A DNA stretch of 64,000 nt from Azolla caroliniana (taxonomy: Eukaryota > Plantae > Polypodiophyta), in the NCBI GenBank assembly GCA_043228905.1, contig JBHGNT010000010.1, positions 2,108,001 through 2,172,000 on the forward strand, read 5' to 3'. The position numbers were made by a program, and so were the translations under genes. Below the pieces are notes generated by a model that did not search any database, was not told the DNA's origin, and saw only the letters and a list, made by a program, of their open reading frames with translations. Shown piece by piece: positions 47,010-60,376 of this stretch (the stretch's first letter is position 1; each line of letters starts with the position of its first letter).

Positions 47010-50000
47010 ATGGGTAATAAGCTTGCTCGCACAACGCAGGCATCTGCCTCCGAATATTATCTCCATGACCTGCCTTCCACATGTAATCTTGTCCTCAAGG
47101 AGCCTCTTGGTGGTGGACGTTTCCTTAAATCTGTGCTTTGCATCCACGATGAAGGCCTTGTTGTTGTTAAAGTCTACTTCAAACGTGGGGAATTCCCAGA
47201 TCTCAAGGTTTAGTTCGTTCTTATTCTTTCGTTTGTTAAAAAAACTTGTCTTTTTTTTTGAGGATTTCCATAGGAGCAACGAAAACCGAGTTCTTTTTGT
47301 GAGATGTCTTAACATTTAGTTGAAGTTTATCATAGTTTTTTTTTTGAGTTTTTTTCCTTGAGAAATCTTGTAGTTTCAGGGACATCGTTATATAAGCTGT
47401 GATTACATGCCAACCATATAATTCAGCTCTGCTAGCCGTGATTCAAATGTGTACAATTCATAATAAGAATGCGTTGTTTGAGATGCACATCTGATGTGAA
47501 GAAAGTAAAACAATCATGACACTACCTCAATTCAATCATGGCTGTCAAAATTGTCTAATACTATGCAGAAAAAGGAACTTAATTTTTTGGCCATGGCACA
47601 TGTCAGAGATATATATACTGGCCTCTCTAATTTGTGTTTCTATGCTATTGGCTTCTGATGTAGGAGCATGAGAAGAGGCTTTATAAAATCAGGGAGCAGC
47701 TCAGTAAGATTGAACATTCACACGTGTGGCCTTTCCAGGTAAAATCACACCTTCTGTTTTTCCTTGGGCTAATACTAATGTTTGGAGCTGAATTTGTATG
47801 GTAGACATATTGATCTGTTTCACCCTTATTCACTTGCAGTTATGGTTAGAGACAGATAAAGCCGCATATCTTCTTCGACAATACTTTTTCAGCAATTTGC
47901 ACGATCGCATCAGCACCCGTCCTTTCTTAAGCATGATTGAGAAGAAATGGCTCGCATTCCAGGTACTATACAGGCATAGCTAGCACTTTTCATGTAGGAG
48001 GAAGTAGTTATGTATGTTTGGCTAGGGTGAAGATTTTTTAAGGAACCTAGAGGATGTTGAGGGTGATGTGGGAGAGTCTCTTGCTAAATGCAATGGTTGA
48101 ACTGAACTCTCTGGTTGTGCAGTTGCTCCTTGCAGTGAAACAAAGCCATGAACGCGGCATTTGTCACGGTAAATTTTCTATTTATTTTGTAGTCAATTGT
48201 CTTAATGCCGTTTTTGGACATAGAATCTTCTCTTAATTAGGCATGATGGGTCTATTTGCAGGAGATATCAAATGCGAAAACGTCCTCGTTACATCTTGGA
48301 ATTGGCTATACCTTGCGGATTATGCATCATTTAAACCTACTTTTCTACCTGTGGATGATCCTGCTGATTTTTCTTTCTTTTTTGATACTGGAGGGAGGCG
48401 CCGATGCTATGTTGCACCAGAGGTGTGATCCACAATTTCTTTTGAACTGCATGAGTAATCTGTTCTAGGGCTGCCTTTGATATATATTTTCTTTCTTGAA
48501 AACTGTATGATTTTTCTTTGGCCCTGTTTTATCTGTTATATCTAACCAACACAGATAATATCTCATGAAGCATGATTATTTTCTTCATTTCTTGATGTGT
48601 CAGCGGTTCTATGAACCAGGTGTAGATGCAGTGAGCATTACAAATGGGGCATTAAAACCTGCCATGGATATATTTTCTGTTGGGTTAGTGGTCTTCAATT
48701 TTGTAATTTCTTATATGAAGTGTTCGGTTTAGAAATATTATTTAATAAACTATTTATGAGATACTGTAATGCAGTTGTGTCATTGCAGAGCTCTTTATGG
48801 AAGGCCAGGCACTATTTGATTTGTCACAGCTACTTGCCTATCGAAGAGGTCAATATGACCCATGCTTATCACTGGAGAAGGTGAATAAAATCGATGAGTT
48901 ATTCCTTCATCAATTCTACATATTCAAGGTTTTTTTCTTCTTGGGTAAAGTAGGTGCATGATGCTGGGATACGAGAGATGATTCTTCACATGATTCAATT
49001 GGATCCTGAGACTCGCTTGACACCAGAGCAGTACATCCGAAACTGGGTGCCTCATGTATTTCCTACATATTTCACACCACTTCTACACAGTTTCTTCTCT
49101 TGTTTGCTTCCCCTTGACATTGACACAAGAGTGAGTCATCTTCATAGCCAGGTTTTTTCTGTTTTTGGAATTATATGGAGTATTTGAGATGATTTTGGAG
49201 TTATTTACAGGTAGCTGTGACACAAAGTGCATTTACTGAAATATGTAAGCAGATGATAGACAGTTCTCCTGGTAGCTACAAAGATCAAGTAGTTGCAGGA
49301 GTTGCAAAAAATGCGCATGATGTCCAAAGGGTGGAAGGGAAGGTTACAGAAACCAAGGTATCAGAATGGAAGGAGATGCCCAAATTTGGAGTACAAAATG
49401 AAGATGTCACTAGACCGTTCTCTAATGCTCTTGTGGATGAGATAGCTGATCTATTGAAGGATGGTCAGACAGGTCAAAAAAGTCCTTTACGTGATATAGC
49501 TGACATTACTTTGCCTATGTCTGCTGTTAAAGGGGGTAAAGCTGATGTGTACATGGCTTCACCAAATTCCAGTTTACCTGGGCATAGTAACACGATCAGA
49601 AAAAGCTTGCCTTGGTCAAATTCTCATAGTGCTGATGAATCACGGGTATGTTTAAACTTTTTAAAAGAGGCACCAATAAACAGACAGCAGATTAAATATT
49701 CTAGTTTCAGTTACTGATAGCAGAAAACTGTATTCTAGTTTCGGAGATCATTGGATCTTTCCTGGACCATGCTTGTACTCCAAAGAAAATTAATTGTCTT
49801 CTGAATGACTATTTAGTCAATCAGACATCTTGTTGAAGCATAAATTTTGGTCAAATTTGAAATAGATATTTCTCTAGGAATATTGCTGATGCTGAAGGGA
49901 TAAAAAGTGAATTACAGCAAAAAATGATGAATAAAAATGGAGAGTGAGAGTGAGATTTTGTTGATTAGGCCAAAATTGCCTGCAATGCATACAGATACAA

Positions 50001-53000
50001 TTGATCATATTTGATTAAATCTTACAGGAGTTGCAACAGAAAGGTGAAAATTTTCTCCTTGAAGAAACTATCCCGAATAATACAGCTGCCGGATGGAGTT
50101 GTGAAGGTATGGTGCTCATAGGCTCTTTACTTTGTGCAAGTATCCGAAATGTTAAACTTCCTCAAGCAAGACGTGCAGCAGTGCAGTTGTTATATAAATC
50201 ATGCCTCTACATAGATGATGAAACACGTTTACAGCACGTATTACCCTACGCCGTGGCATTGCTATCTGATCCAGTAGCTATTGTTCGATGTGCTGCATTA
50301 CAAGCAGTTTGCAATCTATTGACTCTAGTCCAAAACTTTCCCCCAAGTGACTCAAAAATTTTCCCAGAATATATTCTTCCTCTTCTCTCTATGGTTCCAG
50401 ATGATCCAGAGGAAAGTGTTCGTATATGCTATGCAGATAATGTTCATAAAATTGCAGAGACAGCACAGCGCTTCCTTGAGTGTTCAGAATATATGACAGA
50501 AATAGGAGTACTGGATAAATCTGTGCAATCTGTTCAAGGGGCAATGAAGAAGTTAGTGACTCCAAGTTTACGCAGACAGAACAGTAGCAGATATATGCTA
50601 GAATTATCTCAGATTCGAGAAACCATTGCTCGTGTCATCCAAGAACTCGTCATGGGCCACAAGCAGACTCCTACCATTAGAAGAGCTTTATTATATCATA
50701 TTGATCAGTTGAGTAAATTCTTTGGTAAAAAGCAGTGTAATGATATTCTATTACCAATGCTTCCTGCTTTTCTTAATGATAGGGACGAGCAATTACGTGC
50801 CTTTTTCTTTAAGCAAATTGTGCATGTCTGCATGTTTGTGGGTCAGACGAGTGTGGAATCCTACCTACTGCCGTATATTGAGCAAGCCTTGAGTGATGTA
50901 GAAGAAACTGTGATTGTGAATGCCCTTGAATGTTTGGCAGCCATTTGTAAACACAAACTATTGAGAAAGAGGGTTTTACTAGGAGCAGTGGAGAGGGCTG
51001 CTCCTCTCCTGTGTCATCCAAGTCAATGGGTCAGAAGGTCCGCAATTACTTTTGTAGCTTCCACAGGAGAAAACCTAGAGCTTGTTGATTCTCATGCATT
51101 TTTACTACCTATACTGTCTCCTTTCATGAGAAGGGAACCTGTTGCCTTGCATGTGGAGTCAGCCTTATCAGCTTGTCTTAAGCTGCCCATGTCACGTGAA
51201 ATGTTTAACCGTGTCCTTAGTGATGCAATGCTTTCACAGATACCTTCAGAGAGGATAGATATTAAGAAACGTGATGTATCTCCTGGAACAAAACAGAAGC
51301 CAGTTGATGCTGGTGGTAAAATGCAAAATGAACAGCGAAAAACTGTCAGAGACAGTACCAATGTAGTCTCAATGGAGACAAGAAACATCAAACCATCTTT
51401 TCTGAGTCCCATATTATCAGGGGATTGGCCTCCTTTTGCAGAAACTGATGATGGAGAGAAGATTAAGGCCATGGAAGGCTACATTCGGAACTTGTCTAGT
51501 ACAATGCAGAGTCGAATGCACACCTGGGAGATAGACAATTCTGAGAAACTACAGAGCTCAATTATTGGAACTCATGCAGGTGTTGGTGCAGGATTTTATT
51601 CCAATTATGATGGCTCATCTGAGGGCATTCCTTTATATTCAGTGCCCTTAAGTGAGCGACGAGGAGACACTCAGGCATCAGTTTCTTTTAATGAGGACTG
51701 GAACCGAATTATTAATGTACGACATACAGCTCAGCAATTTCACATGGCAACATTAATAGAGACTCCTAATAACCTTCCAAATGTGACACCATGGGAAGAT
51801 AGAAATCTATCTCCGCCAATAATAGGATTTGAGTCTCAAAAGCAGCTGGGGATTTCAGCATCTAGGGTGATGGGTGGATCAGCATATGGAAATTTTCTTG
51901 GGCCTCGCCGAATTTCTGAGGTAGATGCAAGAGAAGCCGAACTTGATGGTATAACGTTGAATTTAGCGCGACCAGCAACGGTTGGTAGAAGTTCAGTTTC
52001 GGAAGGTGCATCTATTTTAAATGCTGAACCAGGATCAGGGTCAGTTCAATCAACAGAGTCACCGATTGGCCATTCACTCACTTCTCCATCTACCCCTGAC
52101 AATCAATGGCGTCCACGTGGCGTCCTGATTGCCCATCTACAGGAACATCAACGGGCAGTGAACAAGGTAGCTGTGTCACATGATAACTCCTTTTTTGTCA
52201 GTGCATCTGACGATGGTAATGTTAAAGTATGGGACTGCAAAAGATTAGAGAGTAATATTTCATTTAAGTCTAGGTTGACGTACTCCTTGAATGGAGGAAA
52301 AGCTCTGAGTGTGTGCATGATTGGTAATGGGCCTCAAGTTGCGGCAGCATCTAGCTCTGGTCTAGTCCATGTTTTCAGTGTAGATCATGTTGCTAGAGCT
52401 AGTGGTAGTGTGGAGAAATGTTCAGGATTAGTGGATGTGAGAAAGATTGAAACACAGGAAGGATCAGTGCTATCATTGCAGAGCTACAGTCCTGATGGAC
52501 CTCCCATGCTTCTCTATACCACCCAACGTAATGTAATCCATTTATGGGACTTGAGAGCACAGAATAATGTATGGAGTCTTAAGGCCAAGCCTTCACAAGG
52601 TCATATTTCTTCTACAGCTCTTGCTGCCTGTCATAATTGGTTCATAACAGCAACCCAAAGAGGTATATTTACTTTATGGGATCTTAGGTTTCAAATTCCC
52701 GTTAATACTTGGCAACATCCAGCTGGTTGTTCAGTAGAAAGCATATGCCCTGTATTATCCCAGTTAGACCCCACGTCACCAACAATGCCAAGACCATATT
52801 TGTACGTTGCAGCTGGCCGAGATGAAGTTGCTATCTGGAATGCGGAGGATGGTTCTTGCCAACAGGTATAGAGCTCTTTGATGCTATGAGATAATATGCA
52901 CAAATTTTCCTGCCACATTATTTCTGATTTTGGGTTTAAACTTAAGCAACAGAACAATTTTCTCTTTTTGGCTTCAGGTTCTGCGTTTAGTATGCAATTC

Positions 53001-54039
53001 ATCAGATCCAGAAATTTCTGAGATTCCTGCAGCATTGGTACGATCTAAGCCAACCATGTCTAATGAATTGAAGCGTGGTGAAAATTCAAAGCGAAGTGAC
53101 TACAGATTGGATGAGTTAAATGAGCCACCCCCACGCCTGTCTGGCGTTCGTGCTTTACTACCTTTATCTGGTGGAACGGGCATTCTTACTGGAGGGACAG
53201 ATTGCAAAATTAGAATGTGGGATCGTTTAAGGTGAAACCATTTAAGCTTATCCTTTACATTTCACTGTCTTGTTGTCCAAGGAAACTCTAATAGGGGGTT
53301 CCCAAACACCTTGACTAGAAAATACCGATCACGAAATGTTACATTTCCTAGTCTTTATTGGTACTCAGATCATTTTAATTTGTCTATTGTTTCCGTTTTT
53401 TTGTTGCCCTAAAACTGATTGCTTGATTTTAAGGCCCGATCGAAGTTATTGTATCTGTGGGCCAAAAATCACTACTGCTCCAGAGACTTATAGATATGAT
53501 AGCAGAGTGGTTTCAGGTGTGCAAGTTGTGCAGGTATATGAACATACCTATTTCCTTTCCTCAATTAACAACTGAATAAATGTTTGCAGTTTCAACTTGG
53601 TGAAACATTAGGAAAAATTTTAGCATTAGTAAAAACAAATGCAACACTGAAGCATGTTATACTCATATAGACTCTGTAAGCTGATATTGGGTCTCCATAT
53701 TGATACAAACTGTTTAATGAGCTGGATTCTATGTCTATAGACTGTAAACTTGTTTGTTAAGTGTTCCATGAGTGATCCTTCTAGAGAATAATGAAGTAGC
53801 AAAAACTGAATGGCATTTGGGGAAATAAAGAAGAACTCAGGTATTTTCGAATGAGATTGCAGGAAATTTGTGTTCGTCGACCAGGGAGTAAAGTAGCAGA
53901 TAGGACGTGCTTTGCTGCAGCTGCAATAGACACAGCTGGGTGTCATCGAGACTGTGTGTTATCTTTAGCTTCTGCTCAAGTCAACCAATGGCTTCTCATT
54001 TCTAGCTGTCGTGATGGTACAATCAAAGTGTGGAGATAA
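47010..54039 (+). CDS. VPS15: VPS15 / PI3K regulatory subunit 4 (pseudokinase-HEAT-WD40), ~1589 aa, 13 coding exons
   Basis: Exons 47010-47207, 47664-47738, 47840-47962, 48123-48168, 48262-48422, 48604-48683, 48775-48880, 48954-49130, 49211-49645, 50028-52865, 52978-53231, 53434-53533, 53863-54039; all introns GT-AG and phase-consistent. Motifs MGNK (myristoylation), [33 protein letters not shown] and [15 protein letters not shown] probable 5' UTR intron spans 46706-47008. Confidence 0.95.
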
Positions 54040-55237
54040 GCATTAAGGATACATCGCAAGTAATGGATGGTTGTTTGTAGTTATAGAACCATACTGTATT
54101 TTGCTGAGCGTCAGGAAAATACTTTGTACATACACATGTAAAATCTGTTAACCTGAAGATAACTGTTCGACTTTTGCAAGCTATACTAAACATACGAGAA
54201 ATCAGAGCCTGCATCTGTCATCAGACGGATTCTTGCATTTTCAAAGGCTAGAGTTCTAAAAGGATTTGGTCTTAAAACTCTAGTCTTTATGGAAGTTTGT
54301 TATTTATGCACCAGTACACTGTTGAATGAAAATATGTTGTACATCTCATCTTTCATATATAGGAAGATTAGTGGCATCAGAATTCTTTGTATCTGTGACA
54401 TTGCCCCTCAACCACATATCAAGATTTTACTAATAACATCTGAAGTAGCTAATTAGTAGTGTTCATGTGTACATATTTTTGAGAAAATATTTGCATTTAT
54501 GTGCTCTTATCTGGATTAGCAAATGGGTGGTTACAATTCATACAAAAGGCAAGGACGCCAACTATTCTTTTCCTCACAAGTTAATCACTTACAATCACTC
54601 GTAAATCAGGATGAGTTCCTCTCTTTTGCACTTTCTGTTGTAAGTTTTCGAACTTTAGTGATTTGGTAACATTATTTTTCCTGTGGTTTGTCCCCTGAAT
54701 CACTGTTCTATTTGAAACATTTTTAACTTCTCAGATCATGTGAGCAATGTAAATCCCTGGTTGTCCATATATATGCAAATATGGGAGTGTAAAGCTCTTT
54801 ATAAACAAGGTAAGTTGATTCTGAAGTCATAACTATTTTAGTATCTAAAGTTAAAGGCAAGAAACAAGTAGACGAGGTAATTCCCATTGAAGCTACAAAT
54901 TGATGCATTGATACAATCTTTCATGTGACTGCCTTCTGGGCCCATGACAACTATTTCATGACCAAACAAAAGAGAAATCTAATATCCATTCTAATGTGCA
55001 ATTTATGCTACTGTATTCATTTGCCCTTGGAAAGTAGAAAAGTTATGGATAGTAGTCTCAGGCAAATAAAAAAGGTTTTTTATGTAAGCTGTACATGCAA
55101 ATGACAAGAGTATGAAACTACAACAGATCCATGTCCTGATAGAAAGATTCAGAAGTACATCAATCATATGATGTGTATGTAACAATTAAGGTTGGGTATT
55201 AAGGGAGTAAACACAGATTTGTGTGTTTGAAAGGCAT

Positions 55238-55310
55238 AGGATAAATGTTCAATAGTGTCTAATTGTTGGAACAGGATAAATGTTCAATAGCGTCTAATTG
55301 TTGGAACAGG
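55238..55310. repeat. 35-bp tandem duplication just downstream of the PPR stop codon
   Basis: AGGATAAATGTTCAATAGYGTCTAATTGTTGGAAC at 55238 and 55273. Confidence 0.9.
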
Positions 55311-55322
55311 CTTTCCAAACAC

Positions 55323-58300
55323 TCATTCCTCCATCTTTCTATACTTCTGTATATGAGCATCAGCATAGATATTAAACATGGAGATATATGCTGAAGCTTC
55401 TTTTTCATCTAAACCCAATGCATAATCAAATGCCTGCTTTGCAAGCATTAGATTACCCCATTTTTTGCACGCACCCAATAATGTACACCACATCACAATA
55501 TCCGGATGCACTGGCAGTTTCTCTAGCATAGCTGCCGCCTTACCTACCTGGCCAGCCCGACTGAATAGGTCAATCATAGAAGTATAGTGTTCAGTTGTTG
55601 GAGTGATGCCATAGTCTTGTATCATGGCCTTGAAGAATATCTGGGCCTTGAATAGTAGGCCTCCATGATTGCAAGCATGAAGAACACTAAGAAATGTGGC
55701 TGAATCTGGGTTCACACCAATCATTTCCATTGTATCAAGAATATGGAAAACATCTTCACATTGCCCAAACTGAGCTTGCCCTGCTATTAGTACATTCCAC
55801 GAGATTATATCTGCATCTGAAATCTTATCAAACACTTCATGTGCTTGCATAAGCAAGCCACATTTTGCATACATATCCATCAACGCATTTCTGATAATAA
55901 GACTCTGTTCCAGCAATATTTTCCTATCCATCTCAATATGTATTTTTGTACCCTTTTCCCCAGCACCAATACTCCCACATGCTTTTAGCACGTAGGCTAA
56001 TGTGACTGAATCTGGGGAGATCCCTTCTACTTGCATTTTCTCAAATGAATTCAAGGCAGCTTCATCTTGTTTGTATTTTACATATCCGGCAATAAGTGCA
56101 TTCCATGAGATGGCATCTCGCTTACAAAAACTATAAAGCAGTTCCTCGGCTTTAGAGAGGTATCCACATTTCGCATACATATCAACCAATGCATTGCCAA
56201 CAATAGAATCTCTTCCAAGCAAACCTGTTTTTTCTATTTCGCCGTGTATTTCAATGCCCCTGCTTAAGGCACCGATGCATGCACATGCTTTCAAACTGCA
56301 TGCAAATGTAATAGCATCTGGTGAGACTCCTTTCAGCTTCATCTCTTCGAAACACTTGAGTGCGTCTTCACCTTTCTCATGTTTAGCGTAACATGCGATC
56401 AATGTACTCCAAGAGACTACATTCCGGAGAGGAAGCTTCTCAAACACTTCGCATGCTTTCGGGATAGACCCGCATTTGGCATACATGTCTAGTAAAGCAT
56501 TGCCAACAACGATATCTCTTTCTATAAGTCCATTTTTCTCAATCTCAGCATGGATTTCACTGCCTTTTTCCATGTCTCCAATGGTACCACATGCTTTCAA
56601 ACTGCAAGCCAAGGTCACAGCATCTGGAGTGACACCCTCTACTTGCATTTTGTCAAAGCAAGTTAATGCAAACTCCCCACACTCACATTCAGCGTAGCCT
56701 GAAATTAGTGCATTCCATGATGCTATGCCTTTACTTGGAAGTTTCTCAAAAACTCCTTGTGCTTCTATAAGCATGCCAGATTTCGCATACATATCCACTA
56801 ATGCAGCACCAAGTACTGGGCTGCTTTCTAAAAGACCTTTCCTAATAACCTCACAATGTACTCGTTTGCCTTCGTCTTCTGACCTCATGTCACCGCATGC
56901 TTTCAAGCAACATACAAATGTGATAGTATTTGGAGAAACACCTTCAAATTGCATTTGTTTAAGACAATTGAGTGCATCCATGCCACAATCATGTCCCACA
57001 AACCCGGAAATCATTGCATTCCACGAGACTATACCTTGCTCTTCAAGATTTTCAAACGCTTCTTGTGCTTTAGCAAGAAGACCGCATCTCGAATACATAG
57101 TGACCAAAGCATTACCTATAACCATATCTACCAAGCCTTTCCTCTCAATCTCAGCATGTATATCTCTACCCTTGTTTATGAGCCCCATGCTTCCACAAGC
57201 TTTCAAGCTGCAAGAGAAAGTAATGATATCTGGAGAGATGCCCTCAAGTGTCATTTGTTCAAAACAGTTTAGCACTTCTTCCTCACACTCAAATTTAGCA
57301 TAACCAGCAATGAGAGCATTCCACGAAACAATATCTCGGCTTTTAAGCCCATGAAATAACTCATATGCTTCAAAAAGAAAGCCACATTTTGCATACATAT
57401 CAACCAAAGCATTGCCAACAATGATATGGTGATCCTCTATCGCGTTTCTTTTTATTTCATCATGTATTTCTCTACCTTCATCTATGGCACCAAGACCAGC
57501 ACAAGCTCTCAAAATGTAAGCAAATGTAAGAGCATCTGGTGAAACACCTTCATACTTCATTTGTTTGAAACAATTCAATGCTTCATCACAACACTCATGT
57601 TTTGTATATCCTCCAATCAATGCATTCCATGTGGCTGAACTTCGATTTGGAATATTGTCAAACACTTCTTGTGCTTTTATCACAGAACCACATTTAGCAT
57701 ACATATCAACCAAAGAAACACCAATAACAACATCCTTTTCGAGGAAGCCTTTTTCGTGAATTTTTTCATGTATTTTGCTTCCGATTTCCATAGCCTGAAC
57801 CTTTCCGCATGCTCTTAAGGCGCAAATATATGTAACAACATTAGGGGATATACCTTCCAATTGCATTTGTTCGAAACAATACAGTGCTTCCTTGCCACAC
57901 TCATGTTTTACATACCCAGAGATCATTACATTCCATGAGACCACATTCCGAATTGGAAGATCATCAAACATTTGTTGTGCTTTTGTGAAAAAACCACATT
58001 TAGCATACATATCCACCAAGCTTGAGCCGATATAAACATCCTTTTGTAGCAATCCGTTCTTTGAAATATGAACGTGTATTTCAATACCTCGTTCCACATC
58101 TTTCATCTTGGTACAAGTTTTTATAAGCATAACCATAACATACTCACTTGGGACCAAACCTTCTTCTCCCATTTTCTGATACAAGGCAAACGCTCGATGA
58201 ATATCATGGCTCTCAACATAACCTTTGATAAGAGAATTCCATGAAATCTCATTCTTAGAATCTAATTTATCAAAAGTTTTTTGTGCACAAGGAAGGTTTC

Positions 58301-58496
58301 CCGATTCTACCAACAATGTGACAAAATAGTTACCAAGTGATATATGAGTATCCAATCCATTTCTTTGAATATAGCTATATAAGAGTTCAACGTGTGCTAC
58401 ACTTTTCTCTTTGATGCATTTTGAGGCTATCCATAAAAGATTCTCAACAGAGGGTTGTGTGAGTGAGCCATAATGCAAAGAAACAGAGCAAACCAT
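55323..58496 (-). CDS. PLS-class pentatricopeptide repeat protein with E extension, no DYW domain (1057 aa)
   Basis: Intronless ORF with about nine P-L-S triplets (SWNALI.GY / TF...LKACG / GNALVDMYAKCG). It ends in an E-type motif (MWCTLLGACKKWGN..AYISMFNIYA) and then a stop. Confidence 0.95.
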   Translation of the reverse strand: MVCSVSLHYGSLTQPSVENLLWIASKCIKEKSVAHVELLYSYIQRNGLDTHISLGNYFVTLLVESGNLPCAQKTFDKLDSKNEISWNSLIKGYVESHDIHRAFALYQKMGEEGLVPSEYVMVMLIKTCTKMKDVERGIEIHVHISKNGLLQKDVYIGSSLVDMYAKCGFFTKAQQMFDDLPIRNVVSWNVMISGYVKHECGKEALYCFEQMQLEGISPNVVTYICALRACGKVQAMEIGSKIHEKIHEKGFLEKDVVIGVSLVDMYAKCGSVIKAQEVFDNIPNRSSATWNALIGGYTKHECCDEALNCFKQMKYEGVSPDALTFAYILRACAGLGAIDEGREIHDEIKRNAIEDHHIIVGNALVDMYAKCGFLFEAYELFHGLKSRDIVSWNALIAGYAKFECEEEVLNCFEQMTLEGISPDIITFSCSLKACGSMGLINKGRDIHAEIERKGLVDMVIGNALVTMYSRCGLLAKAQEAFENLEEQGIVSWNAMISGFVGHDCGMDALNCLKQMQFEGVSPNTITFVCCLKACGDMRSEDEGKRVHCEVIRKGLLESSPVLGAALVDMYAKSGMLIEAQGVFEKLPSKGIASWNALISGYAECECGEFALTCFDKMQVEGVTPDAVTLACSLKACGTIGDMEKGSEIHAEIEKNGLIERDIVVGNALLDMYAKCGSIPKACEVFEKLPLRNVVSWSTLIACYAKHEKGEDALKCFEEMKLKGVSPDAITFACSLKACACIGALSRGIEIHGEIEKTGLLGRDSIVGNALVDMYAKCGYLSKAEELLYSFCKRDAISWNALIAGYVKYKQDEAALNSFEKMQVEGISPDSVTLAYVLKACGSIGAGEKGTKIHIEMDRKILLEQSLIIRNALMDMYAKCGLLMQAHEVFDKISDADIISWNVLIAGQAQFGQCEDVFHILDTMEMIGVNPDSATFLSVLHACNHGGLLFKAQIFFKAMIQDYGITPTTEHYTSMIDLFSRAGQVGKAAAMLEKLPVHPDIVMWCTLLGACKKWGNLMLAKQAFDYALGLDEKEASAYISMFNIYADAHIQKYRKMEE

Positions 58497-60103
58497 CTAA
58501 AATTAGGGATAAGTTGGACATGGCCGAATACTAACTAAATCTAGAACAGATTGAAAGAGTCTGCAAATATATATAAACATACGAATCTTTGATTTAGAGG
58601 GGGGGCCACGTCTTGTTAACCCTTTCAATTTTCAAGAGTATAGAATCCAAGGATTTGTAGCCTATTTTAAAAAGAGTCACAACGTTCCCCCTAGTAAAGA
58701 TTTGAGCTCAAGACCTTCTCCTTGTAAAACTTGTGTTTTATAACAGCTTTTGTAGGTTTGTACCTTGAGGCCTCGACTTTCAGATGGTTTAGAACAGACT
58801 ACTTCACAAAACGTTCAGGAAAAAACCATTCTACGGTTTCGTCATTTTCGCCCCCATTATTCCCCTTTCAAATTTAGCTATTGAAGATAGAAATACCACG
58901 AGATGCATGCTAATTAATACGGTTTTTCCTACCTTTTGTTAAGATTTTAATAATTTGTTGGCACTACACTTTCATTCTTTTGCCCCATCTTGTTTTTCCA
59001 CCCCCAAAAACAATTATGATAACTTTTGTACTTCTTGCAAAGATAGTTTAAACTATACCTAGCACAAACATAATATGACTTAGAATCCCTATGGGCGTGA
59101 GTCACCATCATACCATGTGTCCTTCAAAGTAAAGATATTTAAAGATTCTAAAGCAAGATTGTTCAATGTCACGTTCTCTCTTCTCTACATCAAAATTGGT
59201 AGGAAGTTTCATGAGCAAGCTTTTCCATCGAGGTTTACTTAGATGGAGGTATTTCTATTCACGTGTTGAGTGGCAAGCATTCATCACCACCAAGTTGTGA
59301 GGTGCATAAGCCTAGGAGTACTATATAGAAAGATCTCAATGTTCTCAAACTATTCAAGGTCAACCTTAGAATAATCTTGTAGCTCTTATTTCTTCAACCT
59401 TAAATAATCTCATAGCTTTAATTTCTTCTTATCAAATTTCACTTATAAAATTCCTATTTCAATCTAGTGTTGCTTTTTGCTTCAAACCTTTATAGCTTTC
59501 TTGGGTGGCTAGAACAATCACCTCAATCATCTATTGTTGTGAGTTGGTGGGGATAAAGGAGATCTGTTGGACACGAAAATAGTGTGCAAAACTTATTTGT
59601 AAAGATCTTTGTCATACTAAATCATAGATCATTCAAGATGGGAATCCAACAAGCTTGGTCGGAAGAAAAAGTTACATGGAATTGAAGAGAGTAGCTTAAT
59701 TGTCATCAAGTGATGATGGGCACTTCAAGAGAAATTTTGGAATAATAGTCTAAGTCACCACCAAGGAGTAGTGAGCAACATGCACATACTATGTTTGCAT
59801 ACCGCATAATGAGTGGCATCAACATGTGTATTATTGCAACGTGGATTTAAAAGCATGGAAGAAGTCCCAACCAAAAAGTGAGGAGATTAAAACAATGGTT
59901 GACTTGGAATGAACCCAATCACTTATAGATGAGCTTCACATATGCTCGATTCGTATTAATGTTACATTGGAGGAGCCAAATCTTGCACCAACTTGGAAAT
60001 TAATGTGTGTTGTCTATGTTATGGGTATGGGGATTAATGTTGATATCCTAAAGGGCATTAGTCTATACCTCTTCACATACATATCTCAACAACCTCTTCG
60101 TAA

Positions 60104-60376
60104 AGGCTACACAGAGAAGGACAATAAATGCATCAAAAGGATTTTTATCCTAGATAAAAACAAGAAGAGCTACAAAAATAGGTCAAAGACTAGTGTTTAA
60201 CCACCTTTAGAAATTAACATGTGTTCATCCATGACTAGTAGGCTACACAGAGAAGGACAATAAATGCATCAAAAGGATTTTTATCCTAGATAAAAACAAG
60301 AAGAGCTACAAAAATAGGTCAAAGACTAGTGTTTAACCACCTTTAGAAATTAACATGTGTTCATCCATGACTAGTA
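60104..60376. repeat. Exact 136-bp tandem duplication
   Basis: AGGCTACACAGAGAAGG...CATCCATGACTAGT at 60104 and 60240; no mismatch seen. Confidence 0.95.

Noticed and set aside
46315-47319. ORFs overlapping the VPS15 5' region on both strands
   Set aside because: Alternative-frame or antisense shadows of the UTR, intron and exon 1. uORF function cannot be assessed without a TSS.
59160-59516. Possible solo LTR (TGTTC...GAACA)
   Set aside because: No matching TSD, PBS or PPT, and no second copy in the window.
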